Shown here: positions 1 to 12,174 of the stretch, one piece after another
Position numbering within the stretch: the first letter of the stretch is position 1
How the letters are laid out: each line of letters starts with the position of its first letter
Source: Deinococcota bacterium
Lineage (GTDB): Bacteria > Deinococcota > Deinococci > Deinococcales > Thermaceae
Length of the DNA stretch: 64,000 nucleotides
Assembly: GCA_041695225.1 (NCBI GenBank)
Contig: JBGFRI010000004.1
Coordinates: forward strand, 53,683 to 117,682
Direction of reading: 5' to 3'
The notes under the pieces: model-generated
Told to the model about the DNA's origin: nothing
Database searches by the model: none
The model's input: only the letters and a program-made list of their open reading frames with translations
Program-made: the position numbers and the translations under genes

Positions 1-114
1 CATCCCCTGGCCGGTAGCCGAGACGCTGGGCTGGGCACACAGGCGTATGGTTTCGCCAAGGTAGGCCTCGAGGTTTTTCTGCAGGAACTGGTCTATTGCA
101 CTGGCTCTGGACAT
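1..114 (-). CDS. 5' end of a probable M20-family metallopeptidase (runs off the window)
   Basis: ATG at 114; translation MSRASAIDQFLQKNLEAYLGETIRLCAQPSVSATGQGM resembles M20/dipeptidase N-termini (L..LCAQPSVSA). Confidence 0.6.
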   Translation of the reverse strand, partial: MSRASAIDQFLQKNLEAYLGETIRLCAQPSVSATGQGM

Positions 115-154
115 AACAAAACTATACGGCCTCGACTACCAGGGGCGGAAGAAA

Positions 155-318
155 ACGTCGAGGGTCAAAAGAGAAACGTCGAGGGCCAAGGGTCGAGGGC
201 GGGAAGCTAAAGTCCAGCAATTTTTGGAAGACACCAGACTAACCCAGCCCATCCGACATTAGACCTGCGACCCGTGACCCGTGACCCGCACCCTGCGACC
301 TGTGACCTGAGACCTGCG
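155..318. repeat. Heptamer tandem repeats (GTCGAGG-type, then GACCTGC/GACCCGT-type)
   Basis: e.g. gacctgc gacccgt gacccgt gacccgc accctgc gacctgt gacctga gacctgc. Confidence 0.8.
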
Positions 319-403
319 CAGCAGTCTGAGCGCCAGCGAGCGCAGGCTCTGGGCCAGACCATTGCCAATATGACATATCTGACATATCTGCTATATTCGA
401 TAT

Positions 404-655
404 ATGCAGACCACGCTTCGCATAGACGATGAGCTGTATCGGAAGGCCAAGGCCGAGGCCGCCCGGCAGGGGATTACCCTTACCCAGTTCCTCGAGGAGG
501 CTCTGCGCCTGCGGCTCCAGCACCAACCGGGCAAGCCGGTTCAACTTCCCACCTTCGATAGCGGACAGGTGCTAGACCTGAAGCCCACACAGCTCAAGCA
601 GCTTCTTCAATCCAGCCAGACCGAGTACGACCTGAGCAAGCTGGAGGGAAGGTAG
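404..655 (+). CDS. VapB-like ribbon-helix-helix antitoxin
   Basis: MQTTLRIDDELYRKAKAEAA RHH signature; directly upstream of a PIN-domain gene; TGACATATC direct repeats upstream; -10 TATATT 6 nt before ATG. Confidence 0.8.
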   Translation: MQTTLRIDDELYRKAKAEAARQGITLTQFLEEALRLRLQHQPGKPVQLPTFDSGQVLDLKPTQLKQLLQSSQTEYDLSKLEGR

Positions 656-658
656 CCC

Positions 659-1210
659 TTGTACATCCTGGATGCCAATGTGCTCATCTATGCCTTCCGG
701 CGTGACACGCCGCAGCACGCCGCCCCGTCATTGCGAGGAGGCCCTTGGGCCGACGAAGCAATAGACTGGGTGACGGAGTGGCCGAGGATGGGGGTGATTA
801 ATCTATCCAGGAGAAAGCCGTAAGCCAATCAGCCGAAGGGGTGATCTGGATTGCTTCGCTCCGCTCGCAATGACGAAAATGTGCGTTCCTGTCGTCTTTG
901 TATCAATACCCTGCCCTCGCTGGGTGACCAGAGGGCCAGACCAGAAGAGGTTTTTGCTTTTTTGTACGCGCTGCGGATGCAGCCGGCATACGAGCTGGTA
1001 GAGCCGGGGGCAGCCCACCTTTCTATCCTGGAAAATTTGTGCCTGAGCCTGAACCTGCTGGGCAACCAGGCAAACGACGCCTTTCTGGCCGCGCTGGCCC
1101 TCGAGCGGGAAGCCACCCTAGTCAGCGCCGACCGGGGGTTCGAGCGCTTTCCGGCCTTGCGCTGGCTCGACCCACTGGATCATCGGGGCGAGCCCTTTCG
1201 GCTCGAGTAG
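659..1210 (+). pseudogene. VapC PIN-domain toxin disrupted by a REP-like insertion
   Basis: TTG659 MYILDANVLIYAFRRDTPQHAA, then repeat 726-896 with an in-frame TAA at 821; the PIN C-terminus (NDAFLAALALE...LVSADRGFERFPAL) resumes in the same frame. Confidence 0.85.
726..896. repeat. REP/MITE-like palindromic repeat, family A
   Basis: Inverted ends cgtcattgcgag (726-737) / ctcgcaatgacg (864-875); homologous to copies at about 23307 and 52966. Confidence 0.85.
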
Positions 1211-1312
1211 TCCCGCGCCAGGACATCTTGCCGAACACTGATGGGCCTCGCGCCGAAAAACATGTCGGCGACTCTTGGGGCGTAGCCGTTTTTCCCAGCG
1301 TTCAAAAACAAA

Positions 1313-2923
1313 CTATTTCACTGGCTGATAGTCCTTAAACTGCTCGCGCAGCCGGGACTTGAGGAACTTGCCCGTGCTGGTGCGGGGAATTTCGGTAACA
1401 AAGACATAGGCATCTGGCAGCCACCATCTGGCAAACCTGGGCTCCAGAAACTGGGTGAGGTCTTCTGGGGTAGCGCTGGCGCCTTCTTTCAGCACTATGA
1501 CGGCCAGCGGGCGCTCGTCCCACTTGGGGTGGGGAGTGGCAACTACGGCGGCCTCCTTAACGGCAGGGTGGGCCATCAGGGCGTTTTCCAGGTCAATTGA
1601 GCTGATCCACTCGCCGCCGGATTTGATCAGGTCTTTGGTGCGGTCGGCGATGCGGATGTAGCCCTCGGGGTCAATGGTTACCACATCGCCGGTGCGGAAC
1701 CAGCCATCGGGAGTCCATTTGTCTGCTTCGGCCTCGAGGTTATAGTAGCTGGCCGCCACCCAGGGGCCGCGCACCTGTAACTCTCCCAGCGACTGCCCAT
1801 CCCAGGGCGTCAGGCCCTGCTCGCCGGCTGCCCGTATTTCCACCAGAGGGGTGGGCAGGCCCTGCTTGGCGCGGTAGGCATACTCCGTCTCAGTATCCCC
1901 ACGCAGGTGGCGCTTCAATCGGCTGACGGTGCCCAGGGGGCTCATCTCGGTCATACCCCAGGCGTGCAGTACCTTCAGCCCAAACTGGTCGAAGGCCCGG
2001 ATCATGGCCTCGGGAGCCGCCGAACCACCCACCACCATCTCCATGGACCCCAGTTTCCAGCGCTCCGGCTCTTTTTGCAGGGCCTGCAAGACCCCCATCC
2101 AGATGGTCGGTACGCCCGCAGTCTTGCTAACCCGCTCCGACTGGTACAGATCCAGCAGGCTCACCGCATCGAGGTGCGGCCCTGGCATCACCAGTTTGCT
2201 CCCGGCCATCACTCCGGTAAAGGGCAGCCCCCAGGCCAGCACATGAAACATGGGCACCACCGGTAGCAGCACATCGCTACCCGCAAGGTTGAGTGCGTCG
2301 GGCAGGGCCGAGCCCAGGCTGTGCAGCAGTATCGAGCGGTGCGAGTAGACCACCCCTTTGGGCCTTCCGGTAGTGCCCGAGGTGTAGCACATTGCAGCAG
2401 CATCGCGCTCGCCTAGGCTGGGGTAGGTGAAACTGTCGTCTGCGGTGGCCAGAAACTCCTCGTAGTCCAGAAGGCCCTCCGGCACTGGGTAGCCCGACAA
2501 GGGCACCACGATAACCTTATCCAGTGTGACCTGCTCTCTAATAGCCTCGTAGAGCTTTAGGAGCACATCATCCACAATCAGGATTCTGTCCTGGGCGTGG
2601 CCGATGATGTAGGCGATGTCGGAGGGGTGCAGCCGCAGATTAAGGGGGTGCAAGACCCCACCTGCTGCCGGAACGCCGAAATAGGCCTCGAGGTGGGCAT
2701 AGGTGTTCCAGCACAGGGTGGCGACCCGGTCTCCTTTTTGCAGCCCGGCTTTTTGCAACGCCGAGGCCAGCCTGCGCGAACGCCGGTAAAAGTCAGCAAA
2801 GCTGTAGCGGTGCAGAGACTTGTCGGGCAGCCGGGTCACAATTTCCTCTTGCGGGAACAAGGCACCGGCCCGCTCTAGCAGGTGGGTAAGGGTAAGGGGA
2901 AAGTCCATCATGGTGGCTTGCAT
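1313..2923 (-). CDS. Long/medium-chain fatty-acid--CoA ligase (AlkK/FadD-like)
   Basis: AMP-binding motif YTSGTTGRPKG, WGMTE, GWFRTGD, DLIKSGGEWISS. Confidence 0.92.
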   Translation of the reverse strand: MQATMMDFPLTLTHLLERAGALFPQEEIVTRLPDKSLHRYSFADFYRRSRRLASALQKAGLQKGDRVATLCWNTYAHLEAYFGVPAAGGVLHPLNLRLHPSDIAYIIGHAQDRILIVDDVLLKLYEAIREQVTLDKVIVVPLSGYPVPEGLLDYEEFLATADDSFTYPSLGERDAAAMCYTSGTTGRPKGVVYSHRSILLHSLGSALPDALNLAGSDVLLPVVPMFHVLAWGLPFTGVMAGSKLVMPGPHLDAVSLLDLYQSERVSKTAGVPTIWMGVLQALQKEPERWKLGSMEMVVGGSAAPEAMIRAFDQFGLKVLHAWGMTEMSPLGTVSRLKRHLRGDTETEYAYRAKQGLPTPLVEIRAAGEQGLTPWDGQSLGELQVRGPWVAASYYNLEAEADKWTPDGWFRTGDVVTIDPEGYIRIADRTKDLIKSGGEWISSIDLENALMAHPAVKEAAVVATPHPKWDERPLAVIVLKEGASATPEDLTQFLEPRFARWWLPDAYVFVTEIPRTSTGKFLKSRLREQFKDYQPVK

Positions 2924-3048
2924 GGTCGTCTCCTGGGTTTGGTTTGGTATGGTACGGCGAGTCTTGTAACTCCAGTATAGAGCCCTCCTCGCTCTGGTGG
3001 GGCCTGGTGCTTAGGGCCAAGGATGGCGGTCGGGGCGGGGAAGTTAGG

Positions 3049-3187
3049 TGTCGAAGGTCTAAGGTCTAAGGTCGAAAGTCAATGGTCAATAGTCAATAGT
3101 CGATAGTCAATAGTCCAACGACAATAGACCATAGACAATAGACTATAGACAATAGACCATAGACCAAGACAATAGACCATAGACCAC
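3049..3187. repeat. Heptamer tandem repeats (GTCAATA/GACAATA-type)
   Basis: gtctaag gtctaag gtcgaaa gtcaatg gtcaata gtcaata gtcgata... then gacaata gaccata gacaata gactata... Confidence 0.85.
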
Positions 3188-3218
3188 CAGGAAGCAGGCA
3201 GAGCGATAGAATATTCCC

Positions 3219-4115
3219 GTGATTCATACTATTGACCTCCACGACCGCGCCCCTCGGGTCATTGCCTCGTTTCTGCTGGAAACTAATGGGGGGCCAGTGC
3301 TTTTCGAGACCGGGCCCGAGTCGCGCTTCTCGGTGCTGCTGGACGGCCTTAATACACTGGGCTACGCTGCCTCCGAGGTCAGGCAGGTCTTCGTGACCCA
3401 CATCCACCTCGACCATGCCGGCGCGGCCTGGCGTTTTGCCGAGCTGGGGGCCAGGATCTACGTTCACCCCAGAGGAGCGCCGCACCTGATAGACCCCAGC
3501 AAGCTCTGGGCCTCGGCTACCCGCATCTACGGCGACAAGATGGAAGAACTCTGGGGCCAGATGGGCTTTGTGCCAGAGAGTCAAATAGAAATCCTGCAGG
3601 ATGGCGATACGGTTGCTCTGGGTGATCTGAGCGTCCGGGCCATAGAGACACCCGGCCACGCCAACCACCACCACGCTTTTTTGCTCGGCGATATCCTGTT
3701 TGGCGGCGACGTGACCGGCGTGAAGATCGGGCGCGGCCCGGTCTTGCCGCCCTGCCCCCCGCCGGAAATTCACCTCGAGGCCTGGCGCGAGTCCATCGCC
3801 AAGGTTCGGGCCGTGCAGCCCAGCAGCATTTACCTTACCCATTTTGGCCCGACCGGCGAGGTAGGGCCCCACCTGGACGCGCTGGAAGCCCGGCTCCTGG
3901 ACTGGGCCAACTGGATTAAAACCGGGCTCAAAGCCGGGCTGAGCCGAGAGCAGATGGTACAAGAGTTCGAGGCTTATGTGGCCGCTGGCCTGCGGGCTGC
4001 GGGGCTTTCCGAAGAAGAGGTGCAGGAGTACGAGTTTGCCGACCCCTCCTGGATGAGTGTGGACGGGCTGGTACGCTACTGGAACAAGCACCACCCCGAA
4101 GAGGTGCTGGCCTAG
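3219..4115 (+). CDS. MBL-fold metallo-hydrolase
   Basis: THIHLDHAG motif, TPGH, LTHFG; -10 TAGAAT 6 nt before GTG. Confidence 0.9.
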   Translation: MIHTIDLHDRAPRVIASFLLETNGGPVLFETGPESRFSVLLDGLNTLGYAASEVRQVFVTHIHLDHAGAAWRFAELGARIYVHPRGAPHLIDPSKLWASATRIYGDKMEELWGQMGFVPESQIEILQDGDTVALGDLSVRAIETPGHANHHHAFLLGDILFGGDVTGVKIGRGPVLPPCPPPEIHLEAWRESIAKVRAVQPSSIYLTHFGPTGEVGPHLDALEARLLDWANWIKTGLKAGLSREQMVQEFEAYVAAGLRAAGLSEEEVQEYEFADPSWMSVDGLVRYWNKHHPEEVLA

Positions 4116-4134
4116 GGTTTGGCGGTTGTCCAGA

Positions 4135-5820
4135 ATGCAGCCTGCAACTCAGCAACTGATATACAACGCCGACCCAAGCTCTTTAGGCGTAGTCTTCACC
4201 CGCCTCGAGGTAGTTGATTTCATTCTGGACCTGGTGGGCTACACGGAGGATCAACCACTTCACGAAAGGCGGATTCTGGAGCCGTCCTTTGGTGGCGGTG
4301 ACTTTTTGTTCTCCATCATCGAACGGTTGTTGAGCGCATGGCGAAAAGCAAGGCCCAATGGCGCTCCGCTCGACGATCTGGCAGATGCAGTCAGGGCGGT
4401 CGAGCTGCACGGTGATACCTTCCACACCACCCATACTGCTGTTGTTACGCTTCTCAAGCGCGAGGGGTTGGCGGCGAAGGCCGCAAAGGCCCTGGCTGGC
4501 CGCTGGCTGTGGCAGGGGGATTTTCTGCTGGCGCCGCTGGAGGGTGAATTCGATTTCGTGGTGGGCAACCCGCCCTATGTGCGTCAGGAGCTAATCCCGG
4601 CTCCGCTGCTGGCGGAGTATCGCCGCCGCTACCAGACGATGTATGACCGGGCCGACCTGTACATTCCCTTTATCGAGCGTGCGCTACTGCTTCTGGCGCA
4701 GGGCGGGAGCCTGGGCTTCATCTGCGCCGATCGCTGGATGAAGAACCGCTATGGCGGGCCGCTGCGAAGCATGGTGGCCGGGCGGTTCCACCTGAAGTTC
4801 TATGTGGATATGGCCGATACCCCGGCCTTCCACTCAAAGGTAACTGCCTACCCCGCAGTAACCGTTATCAGCCGCGAAGCGCCGGGCGCAACGCGCACTG
4901 CCCACCGCCCGCCCGTTGACCGGGCGACGCTGGGCAGGCTGGCTGGTTTACTGCGCGCCCAGAAGCTGCCCGAAGAACCCGGCCTGGTGCGCGAACTTGC
5001 CCAGGTCACCAATGGCGCACAGCCCTGGCTGCTGGAGTCATCCGACCAGACGGCGCTCATTCGCCGTCTGGAAGGCTGCTTCCCCTCGCTGGAAGAGGCG
5101 GGGTGCAAGGTGGGGATTGGCGTCGCAACCGGCGCAGACCGAACATTCATCGGCGACTTCGATGCGCTCGAGGTGGAGCCAGACCGCAAGCTGCCGCTGG
5201 TGACAACAAAGGACATCAGCTCCGGTGAGGTGAGGTGGCGTGGCCAGGGTGTGATCAATCCCTTTACCGAGTCGGGCAGGCTGGTAGATTTGGGCGATTA
5301 CCCGCGCCTGCGGCGCTACCTCGAGGCCCAACGGGACGTAATCGCCAGGCGCCACTGCGCGCGGAAGACCCCGGCCAACTGGTATCGCACCATTGACCGC
5401 ATAACTCCGGAGCTGGCCGCAAGGCCCAAACTGCTGATCCCGGACATCAAGGGTGAGGCGCATATTGTTTTTGAAGGCGGCCAGCTGTATCCCCACCACA
5501 ACCTCTATTACGTCACCTCAGACCACTGGGATTTGCGGGCTTTACAGGCGGTGTTGCTGTCGGCGGTGGCCCGTCTGTTCGTGGCGGCCTACTCAACCAG
5601 AATGCGAGGCGGATACCTGCGCTTCCAGGCCCAGTATCTGCGCCGCATCCGCATCCCGCACTGGGCAGAAGTGCCTGAACCGCTGCGGCGTGAGCTAGCC
5701 CGGGCTGCCCTCAGGCAAGACATACAGGCCTGCAACCGTGCGGTGTGCAGGCTCTACCGCCTGAGCCCAGAGGAAGTTGCTGTCCTGGGTGACACTGAAG
5801 CGCAGAAGGGGAGCCTGTAA
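4135..5820 (+). CDS. Type II gamma-class m6A DNA methyltransferase, XhoI/PaeR7I-like, orphan
   Basis: Motif [11 protein letters not shown], motif IV GNPPY, TaqI-C-like C-terminus ([18 protein letters not shown]); no endonuclease gene adjacent. Confidence 0.85.
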   Translation: MQPATQQLIYNADPSSLGVVFTRLEVVDFILDLVGYTEDQPLHERRILEPSFGGGDFLFSIIERLLSAWRKARPNGAPLDDLADAVRAVELHGDTFHTTHTAVVTLLKREGLAAKAAKALAGRWLWQGDFLLAPLEGEFDFVVGNPPYVRQELIPAPLLAEYRRRYQTMYDRADLYIPFIERALLLLAQGGSLGFICADRWMKNRYGGPLRSMVAGRFHLKFYVDMADTPAFHSKVTAYPAVTVISREAPGATRTAHRPPVDRATLGRLAGLLRAQKLPEEPGLVRELAQVTNGAQPWLLESSDQTALIRRLEGCFPSLEEAGCKVGIGVATGADRTFIGDFDALEVEPDRKLPLVTTKDISSGEVRWRGQGVINPFTESGRLVDLGDYPRLRRYLEAQRDVIARRHCARKTPANWYRTIDRITPELAARPKLLIPDIKGEAHIVFEGGQLYPHHNLYYVTSDHWDLRALQAVLLSAVARLFVAAYSTRMRGGYLRFQAQYLRRIRIPHWAEVPEPLRRELARAALRQDIQACNRAVCRLYRLSPEEVAVLGDTEAQKGSL

Positions 5821-5869
5821 ATCTACTCCCGTATGGGCAGGCAATCAACAGGATTCTTTACTTGACCGG

Positions 5870-6215
5870 GTTGGGTGATCAGGTAAAAAACTCGGCTGGC
5901 GCCGAGACCCCCCTCCTTACCCTCCCCTGCAAGGGGGGGAGGTGATCTGGAGAATTTTCTACCTGCTCAGAACAAGATGACCAGCGTAACAATGAGAGGG
6001 AGCTGCGCGGATTTTTTAGATGACGGGGTTGTGTGACTCATGTAGAAAACTCGGTAGAGTATTCCTCCCCCTCGACGGGGGAGGCTAGGTGGGGGTGTGA
6101 GCCGAAGGCGAAATGTTGAGACTGGAAGAGAAAAACTCGGCTGGCGCCGCGACCCCCCCCTCCCTGCCCTCCCCCGCAAGGGGGAAGGTGACCCAGGCTC
6201 ATTTCTACCTGCTCA
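5870..6215. repeat. REP/MITE-like repeat family B, two adjacent copies
   Basis: aaaaactcggctggcgccg...ccctccccc...aagggg...tttctacctgctcag repeated at about 5885 and 6131; inverted copy at about 9810-10000. Confidence 0.8.
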
Positions 6216-6229
6216 GGACACCCTGACCT

Positions 6230-6646
6230 TTAGGCAACAATTTCCTCGAGCCTGAAAAAAATCTCCACTTCGCGGGATGCACTATCGGGGCTGTCCGAGC
6301 CGTGGATGATATTTTCGTCCACGGTGGTGGCAAAGTCGGCGCGGATGGTGCCGGGAGCGGCTTCCCAGGGGCGGGTTGCCCCCATCAGTCGGCGCATCTC
6401 GCCAATGGCGCCAGGGCCTTCCACAACCATTGCTACCACCGGCCCCCTGGTGATGAACCTGATCAGCCCCTCGAAGAAAGGCTTGCCCTGATGCTCGGCG
6501 TAGTGTTTCTGCGCTGTTTCACGGATGATGACCATTTTTTTCATGGCTACAATCCTGAAACCTTTGCGTTCGATGCGGCTGATGATCTCGCCGGTGAGCC
6601 CCCGGCGCACACCATCGGGTTTGATCATGATGAAGGTGCGTTCCAT
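6230..6646 (-). CDS. ndk: Nucleoside-diphosphate kinase
   Basis: [17 protein letters not shown]...GTIRADF...NIIHGSDS. Confidence 0.97.
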   Translation of the reverse strand: MERTFIMIKPDGVRRGLTGEIISRIERKGFRIVAMKKMVIIRETAQKHYAEHQGKPFFEGLIRFITRGPVVAMVVEGPGAIGEMRRLMGATRPWEAAPGTIRADFATTVDENIIHGSDSPDSASREVEIFFRLEEIVA

Positions 6647-6679
6647 ACCGCAGAAGAGTCTACACGCTGGGAGACCAAC

Positions 6680-6705
6680 AAAAAACCCTCCCAATAAAGG
6701 GAGGG
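6680..6705 (-). terminator. Intrinsic terminator after the PPIase gene
   Basis: Stem ccctccc/gggaggg followed by a T-run on the minus strand. Confidence 0.7.
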
Positions 6706-6721
6706 CTTTAGATGCACAGAC

Positions 6722-8605
6722 TTAGCGGTTAGCAGGAGGTGTGGCTGGCGGGGCGGGGGTGTTCTGGTCGCCAGAACCAGGCTGATTCTGGGGAGCAGCA
6801 GGAGGGGCTTGGCCGGGCGTTGGTTCGTTCGCTGGTTCTTCCCTGGGGGTAAGCGCAGTGAGTACCGCTTGCAGGTTATTTTCCACGGTGGCGGCCTGGC
6901 GGACCTCCTCGAGCCACCGCTGGGCGGCTTCGCCCCGGCGGGTAGCCAGTAACTGCTGGCGGGCCTCTTCCTTCACTTCCTCAAAGGAGCGCAACTGCTC
7001 GGCCTTGCGATCATTCACAATGAGCACCTGGTAGCTCTCGTCCTCGAGCTTTACCACCTCGCTCACTTCACCCAAAGGCCCACTGGGGAAGCTACCGCGG
7101 GTCAGGAAGACCAGGCGGTTGGGAACGGGGGGCATGGTACCGGGGTTAACCACGCCAAAGTCTTGCACGGTGCCCCCGTTGGCTCTGGCCAGGTCCTGGA
7201 GCGCGCCGCCCCGCAGAGCTGCTGCCCGGAAGGCCTCGGCCCTGGCCCTGTCTTCCCTGGTAAAGTTCACCGCCTGTACCCTGGCCGAGGCAGGGATGGT
7301 GAAGTGGGGTAGGTTGGCGTCGTAAAACCGGCGTACTTCCGCGTCCGAGACGGTAACATCGCGGGTTTTCCACTGCTGGGCCTGGTTGGCGATGTCGGTT
7401 CTGGAACCAAAGAAGGGCTGGTCCAGGGTCCTGGCGGCCTGGTAGACCGCCTCGCGGCTAATGAGCTGCTCAAGCGTCTGGGGCATAAAGAACTGCACGG
7501 CCAGCTCGCCCAGGCCCTGCTGTATCAGTTGCGGCACCTGCTGGTTGGCAAAGACCGACTGGGTCACCTCGGCCAGCCGAATTTCGGTCTCGCCAACCCG
7601 GGCCACCACCGGGTTCTCAAACCGGAAGGTAGAGCCCTCGGGAAAGCTCACCTGGGCCCTGGCCCGCAAGTCTCTGATATAGGCTTCCAGCGCCCCCTGG
7701 CCCTTGATGCGCTTGGCGTCTTCCCTGACGCGGTCCTTGACTTCCTCAAACTCCATATAGCCGGCCGGCAAAAACTTCTCTACCTTCACAATGTAAAAGC
7801 GGCCCCCGGCCTCGATGGGCCGGCTGATCTGCCCGTCGCGCAGCCGGAATACGGCCTCGGCCACCACGTTGGGGAAGACCACCCGGGTTACCGGGCCGGG
7901 CTCGCTCTGACCCGCCTGGGCGCCCAGAGCACCGCCCTGTTCGGCGTTGAGCCGGGAGCTGGCCCTGGCAATGGCAGCAAAATCGGCGCCGGGCGCGCTT
8001 ACCTCGGCAAAGACTCTGTCGGCGGAGGCCCGGTCATCGAGTACGATCTGACGGGCCAGTACGCGCTCGTCCTGTCGGTACTGGTCGCGGTTTAGCTCAA
8101 AGAAGAGCCGCATTTCAGCTTCGGTAGGCTCGGCTCGCCTCTCGATCTCTTCGATGCGCTTATTAATGCGAATCTGATTACGTAGCTCGTCGCGCAGTTG
8201 CGAATCGGTATAGCCCACCTGAACTAAGAAGCGGTTGTAGGCTTCTCTGTCCTGAAGGCCGAAGCGCTCCCTGAGGGTATCGAGCTCCTCCCTGAGCTCC
8301 CGGCCCGAGACCCCGATGCGGGCGGTATCCTGCAAGAGCGCAGTGGTGATGACAAAACGCTCGCCAAAGTTAACATTGGCAAGGTTCAACAAAAGCCCCT
8401 GGGGATTGGTGTTCAGGATGGGGTCATTCTGCTTTGCCCGGGCCAGATCAAGCTCGGAGACCGGGCGGCCATTCACCGTGAACTCTACCCTGCCCTGGGT
8501 GCCACGCTGGCCCTGAGGCGTGAAAAGCAGAACCGAGCCCGCGACAAAAGCCACGGCAAGAAACCCAAAGATCACGGCAACAACCCTTCTACTGATTCCA
8601 AACAC
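6722..8605 (-). CDS. SurA/PrsA/PpiD-like parvulin peptidyl-prolyl isomerase, membrane-anchored
   Basis: N-terminal TM segment, SurA-N-like region, rotamase motifs (ADFAAIAR..S...GGALG), duplicated architecture. Confidence 0.8.
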   Translation of the reverse strand: MFGISRRVVAVIFGFLAVAFVAGSVLLFTPQGQRGTQGRVEFTVNGRPVSELDLARAKQNDPILNTNPQGLLLNLANVNFGERFVITTALLQDTARIGVSGRELREELDTLRERFGLQDREAYNRFLVQVGYTDSQLRDELRNQIRINKRIEEIERRAEPTEAEMRLFFELNRDQYRQDERVLARQIVLDDRASADRVFAEVSAPGADFAAIARASSRLNAEQGGALGAQAGQSEPGPVTRVVFPNVVAEAVFRLRDGQISRPIEAGGRFYIVKVEKFLPAGYMEFEEVKDRVREDAKRIKGQGALEAYIRDLRARAQVSFPEGSTFRFENPVVARVGETEIRLAEVTQSVFANQQVPQLIQQGLGELAVQFFMPQTLEQLISREAVYQAARTLDQPFFGSRTDIANQAQQWKTRDVTVSDAEVRRFYDANLPHFTIPASARVQAVNFTREDRARAEAFRAAALRGGALQDLARANGGTVQDFGVVNPGTMPPVPNRLVFLTRGSFPSGPLGEVSEVVKLEDESYQVLIVNDRKAEQLRSFEEVKEEARQQLLATRRGEAAQRWLEEVRQAATVENNLQAVLTALTPREEPANEPTPGQAPPAAPQNQPGSGDQNTPAPPATPPANR

Positions 8606-8635
8606 TTGACTGCCTCCTCTGTGCGGTGCTACCCT
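8606..8635 (+). promoter_or_regulatory. sigmaA-type promoter for tRNA-Arg
   Basis: TTGACT (8606-8611), 18-nt spacer, TG-n-TACCCT (-10 at 8630-8635). Confidence 0.6.
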
Positions 8636-8648
8636 GCTCTGTGCGACT

Positions 8649-8724
8649 GCACCCGTAGCTCAGTGGATAGAGCGTTCGCCTCCGGAGCGAAAGGACACAG
8701 GTTCGAGTCCTGTCGGGTGCGCCA
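8649..8724 (+). tRNA. tRNA-Arg (anticodon CCG)
   Basis: Cloverleaf GCACCCG...CGGGTGC-GCCA, anticodon arm TTCGC-CTCCGGA-GCGAA, T-loop GTTCGAGTC. Confidence 0.97.
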
Positions 8725-8975
8725 ACTTTTGCTGAGTGGGTCTTTTGGCCCGGCCTCGGGGTAGCATCGCCCACTAACCTCTTTGTACCCCAAGATGGTA
8801 AGACCAGGGTTAAGTGCCCGCATATCTACACCAAGGGGCGATTGTAGCATACCCGGTGGTTGGGGATCAGGGCTGGCCGTCCGGGGCGCTTGATCGCGGT
8901 GGTTAAGGCCTCAGTGGCTATACCCGGAGCGACACAGAACAGGTCTGCCAGCAAATCGTCAGGCGGCTAAAGAAT

Positions 8976-9695
8976 ATGCACCCCCCTTCCTTTGAACAGC
9001 CCAGGGACCTACAGGAGGCCGCCGCGCGGCAAAGAGCACTGGCCCAGACCGTGGTGCTGCGGGGCAGCCTGAGCCAGACCCGCTATCTTGTGGCCCTGGA
9101 TGCCTCCCACCCTACCCGTTTCTCCAGGGTGCAGGGCGCTGCAGTGGCGGCTGCGGTCTTGTGGGACCGAGCCGAAGGGAGACTGCTCGAGGTCGCTACC
9201 GCCTGGATGGACGCGGCCGAACTTTTTCCCTACATACCTGGGTTTTTGTCCTTCCGCGAGACTCCGCTCTATCTGGCGGCGCTGGCCAGACTGTCGTGCC
9301 CTCCCGAGGTGTTGCTGGTGGATGGGCAGGGCGTCGCCCATCCCAGGGGGCTGGGCATTGCAGCCCATCTGGGGGTTCACCTGGACATTCCGGCCATCGG
9401 GGTAGCCAAAACCTTGCTTTTTGGTAGTCCAGAGGGCGAGCTGCCGCTCGAGGCTGGTTCGGCAGTGCGGTTGATGCAGGGAACGCGGCAGATAGGCTGG
9501 GTCTACCGCAGCCGCACCGGGGTTCAGCCGCTCATCGTCTCGCCGGGGCACCGCGTGGAAATGGAGGAAAGCCTGGCCTTTGTACGCTCACTGATGGGCA
9601 AAACCCGGCTGCCAGAGCCACTCCGCACTGCCCATACCCGGGCCGGTGAAGAACGAAAAGCTTCTGCTAAGCTGTGCCATATTGACATGGTCTGA
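8976..9695 (+). CDS. nfi: Endonuclease V
   Basis: FPYIPGFLSFRE, LLVDGQGVAHPRGLGIAAHLG, IGVAK, RLPEPLR. Confidence 0.95.
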   Translation: MHPPSFEQPRDLQEAAARQRALAQTVVLRGSLSQTRYLVALDASHPTRFSRVQGAAVAAAVLWDRAEGRLLEVATAWMDAAELFPYIPGFLSFRETPLYLAALARLSCPPEVLLVDGQGVAHPRGLGIAAHLGVHLDIPAIGVAKTLLFGSPEGELPLEAGSAVRLMQGTRQIGWVYRSRTGVQPLIVSPGHRVEMEESLAFVRSLMGKTRLPEPLRTAHTRAGEERKASAKLCHIDMV

Positions 9696-9809
9696 ACACT
9701 AAGGCCCACCTGTCATCTCTTCTGAGGACGGCAAACATATCCTTGAAGCACTCAAGCGCCCTGGCCATGCAAAGAATCCGGGTGACCCCCTCCCATTGAG
9801 AGGCTGGTC

Positions 9810-10000
9810 AGCTAGTGCTGAGTGGATAGAAAATGGATCCAAATCACCTCCCCCCTTTGCGGGGGAGGGCAGGGAGGGGGGTCTCGGCGGCAGCCGAGTT
9901 TTTTCTTCCAGTCGCAACGTTTCGCCTTCGGCTCACACCCCCACCTAACCTCCCCCGTCGAGGGGGAGGAAGTGCTCAATCGAGTTTTTTAGTCACCTAA
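9810..10000. repeat. Repeat family B, inverted copy
   Basis: Reverse complement of the 6060-6215 element. Confidence 0.8.
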
Positions 10001-10111
10001 CGCCTAGCGCAGCCTCAAGACACAAAGCTCCTACCAAGTATCCCCTTGCGCTTCGTCACCACCGCTGCACACAACTCAGGGACAGCTCACCTGCGCTTTG
10101 CCAGACGCAGC

Positions 10112-12121
<2,010 letters not shown>

Positions 12122-12174
12122 CTGAGTCTCCCGCGGGCTCGCATAGGCCACAAAGTATACGTCCCTCTCCGCCG

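Noticed and set aside
3049..3187. Possible CRISPR array
   Set aside because: The units are degenerate 7-mers without unique spacers, and there are no cas genes in the window
8649..8975. tRNA-Arg as an island integration site
   Set aside because: No integrase and no duplicated tRNA 3' end seen in the window
9700..9810. DUF1778-like antitoxin remnant
   Set aside because: Only a vague resemblance, with no start codon or partner gene
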